DNA of 64,000 nucleotides from Candidatus Babeliaceae bacterium (GTDB lineage Bacteria; Babelota; Babeliae; Babelales; Babelaceae): NCBI GenBank assembly GCA_019744895.1, contig JAIETV010000002.1, positions 6 to 64,005 of the forward strand, read 5' to 3'. Shown piece by piece: positions 27,863 to 37,024 of this stretch (position 1 is its first letter; each line of letters starts with the position of its first letter). The notes under the pieces were generated by a model. It saw only the letters and a program-made list of their open reading frames with translations, ran no database searches and was not told where the DNA came from. The position numbers and the translations under genes were made by a program.

Positions 27863-28498
27863 TTATTGAGAAATATTTGTTTCTGGCTGTAAAATTCCAC
27901 CGGATATAATGACCGTCATAGCTTCTTGGCGGGTGATGTTCAAAATTCTACAATCACTTTCCGGCACTACTAAATAAAAGCCAGTTGTAGGGTTAGGTGT
28001 TGTTGGCACAAACACACTAACATAGCGAATGTCTTTATTTGGTGCAAGCTCTGGGTTAATATAATTAGTTAAAAACCCTAAAGCATATGTCCCTGTTGCT
28101 CCAAATGGAACATTCACTACATGCTTAAAGGTTATTTGATCATTAGGGTTAAGAGCATTAACCAACTGTTTAATGCCAAAGTATATTTGGCGTAAAAGCG
28201 GTATTCTATTTAAAATCGAATTTTCAATAGTATCAACAAGATGTGTTACAATAAATATTTGCATGATCACACCCACAACAAATATTGCTGCAATAACAAG
28301 AAATATCTCAGAATGAGGCACAATGCGTAAGGATTCTGGTTCCATATCATATACAGGTTGTAGCCAAGATTTGATGAGGTTAAAGCAGAAGCTCAGTAAA
28401 GCTAATGTGAGCGTAAGGGGAAGTAATGTAAAAAGCCCTTTTAAAAAAATCGATTGAAGCACTTGGTAGGTTATTTTAATATTTTTCTTTAACGTCAT
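27863..28498 (-). CDS. DUF502-family membrane protein
   Basis: Two N-terminal TM segments. RIPLLRQIYFGIKQL and VFVPTTPNPTTGFYLVVP match the DUF502 signature. ATGA overlap with glmM. Confidence 0.75.
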   Translation of the reverse strand: MTLKKNIKITYQVLQSIFLKGLFTLLPLTLTLALLSFCFNLIKSWLQPVYDMEPESLRIVPHSEIFLVIAAIFVVGVIMQIFIVTHLVDTIENSILNRIPLLRQIYFGIKQLVNALNPNDQITFKHVVNVPFGATGTYALGFLTNYINPELAPNKDIRYVSVFVPTTPNPTTGFYLVVPESDCRILNITRQEAMTVIISGGILQPETNISQ

Positions 28499-29820
28499 GA
28501 AAGTTCCTTTTGTAATGTATGAGCTAAACGTTGTGCTACACTATGTGCATCCTGTAGCAATTCTGATTCTACCATTATTCTTAGCATATTTTTTTCAGTT
28601 CCAGAATAACGTACCGATACGCGCCCTAATATTAAAAGGCTTTGAGCAGTTTGTATAAGTAAGTTATAGGGATTTTCAGAAAGGTCGCACATTCGTTTTA
28701 CCGGAATGGTTAAAAGTACCTGGGGGTAAGGTACGAATGTTTCAAAGTTTTTATTATCTTGTAATAGCATGGTTTGCAATATTTTAAGAGCTACAAGTAT
28801 CCCATCGCCCGTATTAATATAATTTTTTAGAATAATATGTCCAGATTGCTCGCCTCCTAAAAATACATTGTATTCTTCGAGCTTTTGAGCGACATATTTA
28901 TCACCAACTGCTGCTCTTATTAATGTTTTTTCTTGTTTATTAAGCCAATATTCAAACCCGAGATTGCTCATAATAGTACCTACAACTATTTTTTGATCAT
29001 TATAATCTGGATGGTTACTTAAGAGTGCTAAAATATCATCGCCATTTTTTACGCAGCCAGTGTTGTTAATGGCTATAACTCGATCGCCATCGCCGTCAAA
29101 AGCAAAACCTATATCAGCTGCATTATCAAGAACAGCTCTTTGCAAATTTTCAGGCTTTAAAGATCCGCATTCTTGATTTATATTAAAACCGTCAGGTTTG
29201 TTATTAAGGAGCACTATTTTGGCTCCGAAATATTCAAAGAGCTTTTGCGCAACAAAACTTGTTGCCCCATGCGCGCAATCAAGCACAATTTTTATGTTTG
29301 ATAAAAAGCCTTCTTTAAAAAGTGGCATAAGCGCATTAATATATTCTTGAGCGCCATCGATATATGTTTCATTTCCTAAATTGTAATAGTCGATTTCTAA
29401 AAGTTTTGGTGTATGGATCTGATCACTGATATACATTTCCGCATCTTTATGAAGTTTGCCCGAGCGATCAATAATTTTTATGCCATTATCATGCCATGGA
29501 TTATGTGATGCTGAAATTATCAACGCACAATCGGCATTAAACTTTTTAATTAAAAATGCAGCGCCGGGTGTGGGAACTATGCCGGCATCATATACGTCAA
29601 GCGATTGTGAAAGAAATACCGTTTTAAATATTGATTTGATATAAGCACATGAATTACGTGTATCATGAATAATTACTACGCGAGGCTTATAATCACTTTT
29701 TGCATACTTTGTTTTAATCCAGGCACTCATTGCGCCCGCCACTTCTGGTAACCGTTGTTGAGTGAAAAGTGATGTTCCTATTTCTGCGCGGATTCCGTCT
29801 GTACCGAAAAATGAGTTCAT
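28495..29820 (-). CDS. glmM: Phosphoglucosamine mutase
   Basis: FGTDGIRAEIG, the phosphoserine loop SASHNPWHDNGIK, DGDGDR, GGEQSGH. Confidence 0.95.
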   Translation of the reverse strand: MNSFFGTDGIRAEIGTSLFTQQRLPEVAGAMSAWIKTKYAKSDYKPRVVIIHDTRNSCAYIKSIFKTVFLSQSLDVYDAGIVPTPGAAFLIKKFNADCALIISASHNPWHDNGIKIIDRSGKLHKDAEMYISDQIHTPKLLEIDYYNLGNETYIDGAQEYINALMPLFKEGFLSNIKIVLDCAHGATSFVAQKLFEYFGAKIVLLNNKPDGFNINQECGSLKPENLQRAVLDNAADIGFAFDGDGDRVIAINNTGCVKNGDDILALLSNHPDYNDQKIVVGTIMSNLGFEYWLNKQEKTLIRAAVGDKYVAQKLEEYNVFLGGEQSGHIILKNYINTGDGILVALKILQTMLLQDNKNFETFVPYPQVLLTIPVKRMCDLSENPYNLLIQTAQSLLILGRVSVRYSGTEKNMLRIMVESELLQDAHSVAQRLAHTLQKELS

Positions 29821-29826
29821 GATTTA

Positions 29827-30231
29827 TTATTGCTCGCCTGATGATTCATTTAATGTTTCAAAAGATGTGATACTGACTTCTATAGGCATACAGTTTAACA
29901 CCTTAACAGCACTAGGCAATAAAAAATTTTTATAAGTTGGATGAAGTAATTTTTTTCCTAGAGTCAATTCAGTACTATCAAAGTGCAAAGCTCCTGTAGT
30001 GTAGCTTGCTTTAATTAAGCCCCGTGTGCCTGAAAGTGTTAGTTGCATCGATTCAGGAGCCTGTATTTTTATATTACTTTTAATATTATCAAAGTAAACA
30101 GGTAAGTTAATAGTGCGTATTATCGTACGCGAACTGCTAACACAATACCACATAAAAAAACCCATCATGCATGATATAATTTTAAGAAAAGTGTGTGTTG
30201 TTATAAGTTGTAAAGTTATCTTTAATAGCAT
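29827..30231 (-). CDS. YbbR/CdaR-like domain protein (single YbbR repeat)
   Basis: An N-terminal TM, then INLPVYFDNI...IKIQAPESMQLTLSGTRGLI, typical of a YbbR repeat. The position between the cdaA-like gene and glmM also fits. The start may be the internal MMGFF (30168), which would avoid a 50-nt overlap. Confidence 0.55.
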   Translation of the reverse strand: MLLKITLQLITTHTFLKIISCMMGFFMWYCVSSSRTIIRTINLPVYFDNIKSNIKIQAPESMQLTLSGTRGLIKASYTTGALHFDSTELTLGKKLLHPTYKNFLLPSAVKVLNCMPIEVSITSFETLNESSGEQ

Positions 30232-30982
30232 GGTTATTTTCTTTCTTATAAACAGTTTTTTGAAGTTCGTAAAGGATGTTTAGTGCATGCTGCGCGCTCA
30301 GATTTTCGATGATTTTTGAACCAGCAATTATCATAAATGTGCGTGTGGTAGCACACATTTTAAGTGCAATGCAGTCGGTTGAGCAAGTAATTTGTACAGT
30401 TTCATCAAGCTTTATATTTTTCCAATATGCAGCAAGCGATATAATTTTACCAGTCTTTGACGTCGGCGAGCTTGCTATCCATAAAAAAGATTCTTTGGGC
30501 ATAATAAAAGAATCATATAATAGCTCGAGAGTATTCTTTTTTAAATCTGCATGTATCACATGCGTTGCGTTAATAAAAGGCGCTAAATTATCCTGATATT
30601 CAATAATTACATATAGATCATTTTTTTCGTTAAGCCTTACAAGCGCAAACTTTATAAGCTCATCCAGCCAGTGGCTCGTGGCTGTTGTGGTTGTTAGGGG
30701 ATCAAGTCGTTGAGCGGTTACAAACATTTTTTGTAATTTTTGTTCGTTATATATAATCGCAAGCATAAGAACCAAGGGAAAGCAACAGGCGGATAAAAAG
30801 AAAACTGTCTGTAAATCAAAAAAATAAGAAAATATAATTAATACGTGGTAACCATACCACATTTTTAAAAGCTCTTTAGTTTCTTGCGTATACAACCAGT
30901 TATTGATCATATAATAGGCAGTAATGCATAGGGCGATTTCAATACCATCAGATATACTATACAAATAAAGAGTCTCGATCAT
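30182..30982 (-). CDS. CdaA-like membrane protein (diadenylate-cyclase fold, catalytic motifs not recognisable)
   Basis: Three N-terminal TMs. TQETKELLKMW and AIIYNEQKLQKMF parallel CdaA TKAVQLLKG and IIFQPELRRAL. Synteny with the YbbR-like gene and glmM. No DGA or RHR motif is present. Confidence 0.5.
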   Translation of the reverse strand: MIETLYLYSISDGIEIALCITAYYMINNWLYTQETKELLKMWYGYHVLIIFSYFFDLQTVFFLSACCFPLVLMLAIIYNEQKLQKMFVTAQRLDPLTTTTATSHWLDELIKFALVRLNEKNDLYVIIEYQDNLAPFINATHVIHADLKKNTLELLYDSFIMPKESFLWIASSPTSKTGKIISLAAYWKNIKLDETVQITCSTDCIALKMCATTRTFMIIAGSKIIENLSAQHALNILYELQKTVYKKENNHAIKDNFTTYNNTHFS

Positions 30983-31830
30983 AGTATACCCAGTAGTTTC
31001 AGCTCTTTACGTAATTTTCTAAAATCATGATTTTTTACGTGAATAGCTGTAATGCCATAACGGCGGGCAGCATCAACATTTTCTAACTGATCATCTATAA
31101 ATATCCAATTTTCAAGTGGTATTTTATATTTTTCAAAACAAAACTCAAAAATATTTTGTTGTGGCTTCATACGTTTTATTAAGCCCGAAATTACCACATC
31201 ATCCATATTAAAGTAACGTGATAATTCTCTGCCAGCAGGTGATGCTTTAAAATCTTCATATGAAACGCCATCCCAGTTAGAAAGAATTGTCTGTTGGTGT
31301 TTGCCGACAAGCGCTATTTCTTGAACTATTTCCAAAGCTTCTTTTGATGCATAGGTATTACTAATAAGAGCTTCTGGGTTAAACATAGCAGCAACACCAT
31401 TTTTAGCGACACGATACTCAAGATTACTTTTAAAATACCCTGAGCCATACAATTGATCGATTTTTCTATGTATTTTTTTTACAAGCTTTTTAGGATTTAA
31501 AATTTTACCTGCAAGCCACTCATGGAAAATTTTTGGTAGTGGTCGATGAGCCGTATGATAACTTTGTTCATGCGCGGGCCCTTCCTGTTTTCCACCATAT
31601 TCTTCAAGTACATCAAAAAGCAAATTTTGTATTTGATTTTTTTCTGTTGCTACAAAAAAATGGTACCACGCTAGATCTGGTAGCCCTATGTGTGCTGCCA
31701 TACCTAAGTAGCTGACATAGACCAAAGCGTCACCTAAATCCCACAATATTAAATATCTTTTTTCATCGTTTTTTGTATGTATACAAAAAAATAAAGAGAT
31801 TATTGCAATAAAAAGATATTTTTTTACCAT
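30979..31830 (-). CDS. HAD-superfamily-like protein, signal peptide (paralog 1 of 4)
   Basis: MVKKYLFIAIISLFFC signal. LILWDLGDAL (motif I-like), ILSNWDG (motif II), RMKPQ (motif III Lys), FIDDQLENV (motif IV). ATGA overlap with the cdaA-like gene. Confidence 0.65.
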   Translation of the reverse strand: MVKKYLFIAIISLFFCIHTKNDEKRYLILWDLGDALVYVSYLGMAAHIGLPDLAWYHFFVATEKNQIQNLLFDVLEEYGGKQEGPAHEQSYHTAHRPLPKIFHEWLAGKILNPKKLVKKIHRKIDQLYGSGYFKSNLEYRVAKNGVAAMFNPEALISNTYASKEALEIVQEIALVGKHQQTILSNWDGVSYEDFKASPAGRELSRYFNMDDVVISGLIKRMKPQQNIFEFCFEKYKIPLENWIFIDDQLENVDAARRYGITAIHVKNHDFRKLRKELKLLGIL

Positions 31831-32182
31831 TGCGTTTACCTTTGGCAAGATTACTATTAACCAAAGTTTAACTTGCATAAAACTCCAAAATCAAGAATAG
31901 AGCTTGAACCTTATTTAAAAAACGTTGAATTGCATTTTAAAATTTTTTAAATTACTAGATATTTTAAATATATAACTGAAAATTTTAAAATCTCTAAGTA
32001 TGATAAAGTTATTTATAAAGAACGGAATTTAGTTGAGAGACTTTATTTGAGAAAATACAGATCAATTTTGAAGCACTTATGTATCTTGCGAGTTCTTATT
32101 TGTCGCTAATTTAAATGTCGATACTGCCTAGTAATAATTTACTCAGGAAAAACTACATAAGGGGGCACTCACCGTTTTGTTG

Positions 32183-33181
32183 TCACCGATATCCTTCAAT
32201 TTCTTTTTTAATCGCCAGATATCTATCTACTTCGTACTCGGATGAATCTTCTTGGTTTATTCCTTCAATGCAAAGTTTTATAGCAGTTTCTGCATCGCCT
32301 ACTTTTCTAGAAGATTCTAGCAACCAGTCGAGACTATCTTTTTTTCTAAAAGCTATATCTTCTCTAGATAACTCATTATTTTTTCTAATTAAATCATAAT
32401 ATTTTTTGGCGCATTTATGTGCATAAACGTAGTTTGGGGATATAATTGGGTCGCCGATAAAACCACGTTTTGCTAGAGCAATAAGCGTGAGTAACTTATG
32501 TCCATAATAGCAATCATAATGTTTTCGAGCAAGAAGCACCGCAATGCCAATTCCTCTGACAGGCTGAGCACTTCGTCCGCCAACACCTTGCAATAAATCA
32601 TACCCATACTTAAATAAATCATTTGGATGATAATTTTTTTCATTTTTTATTATTTTTGAATAATCTTCTGCGGAACGATCCAAGCGTGGCTTAGTATCTA
32701 GCCTATTATAAGGATAATTACAAAATAACGTAGCAGTATTTAAAGATTTATCAGAGGCTCGTAATGAATCTTGCTTAAGCGCTAGAATGTGTTCTTCAAA
32801 AGATTCTATAATTGTATTATAATGTTTTGGGGTAGACCAAAAGGATTTTTTGATTTCAGTAAGTACTTTTACTATTTCTGACGATGCCTCTCCAGTATTT
32901 TCATATGCACTTGCAAGCGCAAGTATTCCCAACCGATGGATAAGGTCATAACAATTTCCTTTAGAATTGTAACTATTTGCTAAGTTAATTAGAGAATTTA
33001 GAGGGTTTGGATCCTCAAGAGCTCTTGTAAGCTTATTTTTTTCTTGATGATCAAAAAAATCAGGGGCGCCTACAGGCAGTAACGCATCTTGCTCATAAGA
33101 CGGTGGTGCTGCTTGAGAGCAGCTATCTGCAGAATGAAGGGATATACATAAAAATAACAGCGGTAGAATACTCATTATCAT
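32183..33181 (-). CDS. Secreted all-helical repeat protein (TPR/Sel1-like), paralog A
   Basis: Signal peptide MIMSILPLLFLCISLHSA. Shares LGILALASAYENTGEAS and GIAVLLARKHY blocks with the next gene. Confidence 0.6.
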   Translation of the reverse strand: MIMSILPLLFLCISLHSADSCSQAAPPSYEQDALLPVGAPDFFDHQEKNKLTRALEDPNPLNSLINLANSYNSKGNCYDLIHRLGILALASAYENTGEASSEIVKVLTEIKKSFWSTPKHYNTIIESFEEHILALKQDSLRASDKSLNTATLFCNYPYNRLDTKPRLDRSAEDYSKIIKNEKNYHPNDLFKYGYDLLQGVGGRSAQPVRGIGIAVLLARKHYDCYYGHKLLTLIALAKRGFIGDPIISPNYVYAHKCAKKYYDLIRKNNELSREDIAFRKKDSLDWLLESSRKVGDAETAIKLCIEGINQEDSSEYEVDRYLAIKKEIEGYR

Positions 33182-33242
33182 AAAGACACTCCTTATATAA
33201 AATTTTTTAAATAGATAATCGTGCGATCTGTTTTACGAGAAA

Positions 33243-34211
33243 TTACAATAAAACACACGCAGGTGATCTATTTGCCGCTAAATCTTTTTTTAGTTTCTTA
33301 GCCCTTGATTGCGCATAACTGTCGTGCGGATATTTTTCAAGCATTTCATTACATAATGCATCTGCATCATTCGGTCTTCCTAAAATTTCATAAACATCTA
33401 TAAGATTTAAAAAGCTATTTAATGATTTAAAGGTGCCATGGTATTGGGTTGAATATACATATAAAGCTTCTTTATTGAAGGGTAAAATAGATTGATGTAT
33501 CCTGCCAGCAAAATTTATAAGCAATTGTTGTCCGTAAGGTATTTTTGCATATTTACGTGCAAGAAGCATCGCGATGGCCAATCCTTTTATAGGATCAGGT
33601 AACGTACTTTCTGTGCCTTTAAATAAGGAAATAGCATAGCTCTTTAAACACCTAGTCATATACGCTAATTCGTCAGTAGGGTCTAACTTATTAGCCAAAC
33701 AGAAAGCCGCTTCAGCTTGAATTACTTTTGAAAAACTTTCTAACAAAGGGTCACGATGTGCAATTTCTATAGACTCTTGCCTGAAAAGCTTACGAGCACG
33801 TTTATTTCCCTTTAAAACTGCATATTCTAGATATGCCTTTTTAATACGATTCATTTCATCGTGTTCATATGGGTTGGAATTTGAATTTTGACTATCAAGT
33901 TGAGATAAAGCATTGTATATTTCCAATGAAGCTTCCCCTTTTTTTTCAAAAGCAGTAGCCAATGATAACATTGCAAGCGCATTAATAGGCGCCACTGTGA
34001 GTTTTTTATAGGCATTACTGTATAAGAAAGCTTGGGCTAAAGCAATCATTTGTAAGGGCTCTTTACTAGCAAAGACGTTCAAAAAATGATCATTCTCAGA
34101 AGAATTAAAAAAATTAGTATCCCCTATTAATTTTAAAAAAGATACTTTATTAGTATCACAAGAGTAGATAGAAGTAACTACAAATAATAAGATTATAATA
34201 CAGGCTAGCAT
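33243..34211 (-). CDS. Secreted all-helical repeat protein (TPR/Sel1-like), paralog B
   Basis: Signal-like MLACIIILLFVVTSIYS. LAMLSLATAFEKKGEAS and LAIAMLLARKYA blocks parallel paralog A. Confidence 0.6.
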   Translation of the reverse strand: MLACIIILLFVVTSIYSCDTNKVSFLKLIGDTNFFNSSENDHFLNVFASKEPLQMIALAQAFLYSNAYKKLTVAPINALAMLSLATAFEKKGEASLEIYNALSQLDSQNSNSNPYEHDEMNRIKKAYLEYAVLKGNKRARKLFRQESIEIAHRDPLLESFSKVIQAEAAFCLANKLDPTDELAYMTRCLKSYAISLFKGTESTLPDPIKGLAIAMLLARKYAKIPYGQQLLINFAGRIHQSILPFNKEALYVYSTQYHGTFKSLNSFLNLIDVYEILGRPNDADALCNEMLEKYPHDSYAQSRAKKLKKDLAANRSPACVLL

Positions 34212-34323
34212 ACAGCTTATTTCTTTATTTTTTATAATTTTATTTAAAACGTCGTATTAAAATTACTCTATCATTTTTAAAAGTCAAATCTCTAGAATTG
34301 CTAGTAGAGAATTTAAGGCTAAA

Positions 34324-35100
34324 TTAATTCTTTAGAATTTTTCGATTAATAAAAGCTTTTTCGATAGCGCGATGGTCACCAGTGTAAAGTAATGACGGAA
34401 TGTTGTAACGTTGCGCAGCTTCGATGTTTACTGGTTCGTTATCGATAAAAAAATATTCTGTTTGTTCTGGTGTGCCGAATTTTTGGAATACTTGGTTATA
34501 AAATTCAGGTTGCGGTTTATTAAAGCCGATATACCCAGAGACTATCATATGTTCTTTTTTTACAAGTTTGCAAAATCTTTTGCCAATTTTTGACTCTAAA
34601 AAAAGTTTATAAGAGTGTTGATCCCAATTGGAAACAATCACAATAGTATTTTCCTGTAAGTCAATACGCTCAAGTAATTGCATCATCGGCTCTATAGCAT
34701 ACTGATGTTTTATCAATTTTTCAGGAGTAAACATTGCTTGAATTGCATTTCGAATCACTTTATATTCAAAAGATGTTGCAAAAAAATGTTGATGATATAA
34801 TTCATCTATCTGTTCTAAAATAAAGGCTCGCGCGGCAGTAGGATTACTATGTTTTCCAGCCATCCAGTCGCAATAGATTTTGGGTAACTTAGCAGTGCCA
34901 TGTGTTATCGATTCTTTTGAATCCCCATGATCGATTTTTTGAAGGGCAGCAAACATTTTTTGCTGCGGGTTGAAATTAAGATAATTTGTTAATCCATTTA
35001 ATATAATAGTATCTATACCAAGTTCTTGAATTGCGTAGGTACGCTTATTAACATCAACAAATGTACCACCTAGATCACAAAGAAGTATCTTATAGGACAT
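34324..35100 (-). CDS. HAD-superfamily-like protein, no signal peptide (paralog 2 of 4)
   Basis: Starts directly at motif I (MSYKILLCDLGGTFVDVN). IVSNWD, FNKPQPEF, FIDNEPVNI. Confidence 0.65.
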   Translation of the reverse strand: MSYKILLCDLGGTFVDVNKRTYAIQELGIDTIILNGLTNYLNFNPQQKMFAALQKIDHGDSKESITHGTAKLPKIYCDWMAGKHSNPTAARAFILEQIDELYHQHFFATSFEYKVIRNAIQAMFTPEKLIKHQYAIEPMMQLLERIDLQENTIVIVSNWDQHSYKLFLESKIGKRFCKLVKKEHMIVSGYIGFNKPQPEFYNQVFQKFGTPEQTEYFFIDNEPVNIEAAQRYNIPSLLYTGDHRAIEKAFINRKILKN

Positions 35101-35171
35101 ATAATTACTACTCAGTATTAATGATAATAATAAGATTTAAATAATGTGTTTGCAGATAGTATAGATGATTT

Positions 35172-36074
35172 TTAATTTAAAATGTTATACTTTTTAAGTT
35201 GTTGCTCAACTTGTTTGACATTTCCGGTAAAATGAATTGTATGTAAGCCACATTCTTGAGCAGTTGCGCAATTAGCACTATCATTGTCTATAAAAATACA
35301 TTTTTCTGGATTAAGCCTGTAAGTATACATTACATAATCAAAGAAAGAAGGGTGAGGTTTATTTAAACCTATATCACCTGAAATCACGATATTCTTTTCA
35401 TCGATATATCGAGTTAGCTTTTGACCACAGGGTGAATGTATAAAAATTTTAAAGGACGCTGCGTCCCAATTTGAAAGAATCATACAAGTATGTTTAGTAT
35501 GATTTATTTTTTCAAGTAACTTATACATCGGTTTAATAAGCGTTTGATAGCAGGCTAATGTTTCAGGTGCAAACATAGCGCGTACTGCCTTACGAATAAG
35601 GCGATATTCTCGTAAACTTATAAAAAAGTCTTCCTGATAAAGCAGATCAATTCCTTCTTCAAGTTCTTGAATAAAAGCATAGGGGTTTTCGTCAAATGCA
35701 CCGGCAAGCCAAAGCGCCATAACATTTGGCAAGCTATAACCACCATTATGCTTACATTTGAACTGTTCAGGGCCTTGTTGCGTACCACCTAATAACTCAA
35801 GGGTCTGGAAAAGACGTGCTTGAATCCTGTCTTTATCAAAATGAGCATCAAAAATAACATACATGGCAGCATCAAACGTGCCAAGTTCGCTTGCAAAAGA
35901 CATTTTGTTTACATCAACAAGTGTACCGCCAAGGTCCCACATTATAGTATAGGTTTCTAAAGACTTGGATTCTTGTTCAGAGATAGAATCGACTGTATAA
36001 GGCGTAAATGTTATCGGTGCTTGTGCAGCAAAAACTGCTACAAGCGACATACATGCTATAAGCAATTTCTTCAT
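35172..36074 (-). CDS. HAD-superfamily-like protein, signal peptide (paralog 3 of 4)
   Basis: ATG at 36074 preceded by GAAGG. MKKLLIACMSLVAVFAAQA signal. IMWDLGGTLVDVN, ILSNWD, LNKPHPSF, FIDNDSAN. Confidence 0.65.
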   Translation of the reverse strand: MKKLLIACMSLVAVFAAQAPITFTPYTVDSISEQESKSLETYTIMWDLGGTLVDVNKMSFASELGTFDAAMYVIFDAHFDKDRIQARLFQTLELLGGTQQGPEQFKCKHNGGYSLPNVMALWLAGAFDENPYAFIQELEEGIDLLYQEDFFISLREYRLIRKAVRAMFAPETLACYQTLIKPMYKLLEKINHTKHTCMILSNWDAASFKIFIHSPCGQKLTRYIDEKNIVISGDIGLNKPHPSFFDYVMYTYRLNPEKCIFIDNDSANCATAQECGLHTIHFTGNVKQVEQQLKKYNILN

Positions 36075-36096
36075 ATAAATAACCTTCACGTTACTT

Positions 36097-36933
36097 TTAT
36101 CTTTTTATCAGGTGTACTGATTTACAGTAATCTTTTCCAGCTGAATAAATGGAATCTGGACTATAAATAGTATGCATACCCACACTTTTTGCAGCCTGTA
36201 TAGCATGTTTATTTGAGCTGATAATTACATACTCGCTAGCTTGAAAGGCGTGATCTTCAATAATTTTTTGATAAAGCCTTGGATCTTCTACAAGCATTTT
36301 ATTATGGCCTGATACATACGTATCATTAAAATGACGTAGCACCCTGCTGCCAGGATTCATAGTTCGTAAATTATCAAACATTTGATTATTGCAATTTGCA
36401 ACCAAAATTAAGCGTGGGTGGATAGGCCCATTTGATATTTTTTCAATCAGTTTTAAGCTATCGCTTTTAACACCAAAAGTTCCAGCCATTCGAGCAGGAT
36501 CAAAAATAATATCAAAGACGCCAAAGATAAATTTTTTCTCGCTACTTCCGCCGGGAAATTTGTAAGCTTGCAATGATTTTTTAATCTCGTTACAAACTTG
36601 GGCTGAATTTTTACCTAAAAGCCAGTTAACAAAAGGTACAGGCAGTTCATCATGCGGTGGCTGCGGATCATAAGCCTTAATAGAATCAGTTTGTGGACCG
36701 TAAAGTGCTTCGAGCGCTTTAAACATGGTAGTTTGTGATTTAAGAGCCGTTGTTAGATTAAAAAGTGAATTCCAAAGGCCTATCTCTGAAACCATGCTGG
36801 TACGGTTACTCTCTAAAACGTCAGAAAATACAAAAATTATGGCCTTAGGCTGTATTATTCCATAAACAGTCTGTGTTTGACATAAAATGCCAAAAAAAGT
36901 GAAAAAAAGGGCTTTTTTGATTGAAATCTTCAT
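36097..36933 (-). CDS. Divergent HAD-like protein, signal peptide (paralog 4 of 4)
   Basis: Signal MKISIKKALFFTFFGILCQTQTVYG. Shares the LPVPFVNWLLGK block (compare LPKIFHEWLAGK, LPKIYCDWMAGK, LPNVMALWLAGA) and the overall length. The catalytic motifs are degraded. Confidence 0.5.
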   Translation of the reverse strand: MKISIKKALFFTFFGILCQTQTVYGIIQPKAIIFVFSDVLESNRTSMVSEIGLWNSLFNLTTALKSQTTMFKALEALYGPQTDSIKAYDPQPPHDELPVPFVNWLLGKNSAQVCNEIKKSLQAYKFPGGSSEKKFIFGVFDIIFDPARMAGTFGVKSDSLKLIEKISNGPIHPRLILVANCNNQMFDNLRTMNPGSRVLRHFNDTYVSGHNKMLVEDPRLYQKIIEDHAFQASEYVIISSNKHAIQAAKSVGMHTIYSPDSIYSAGKDYCKSVHLIKR

Positions 36934-37024
36934 ATTTCTGGTCCTAAAGTTCAGTTTTTGTATTAAAAATTAGATAATAGTATAATTTTATAGATTCTAC
37001 AGTTTTGCGCAACAGCAGAGGCCT

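Noticed and set aside
31879-32182. AT-rich 300-nt spacer with several ATTTTAAAAT-type palindromes, considered as a repeat array or binding-site cluster.
   Set aside because: The motifs are short, imperfect and expected in sequence this AT-rich. No regular spacing or longer repeat unit was found, so it is probably just a promoter/UP-element region.
32115-32399. 94-aa plus-strand ORF.
   Set aside because: It is antisense to the 3' end of the helical-repeat paralog A gene and has no supporting signals.
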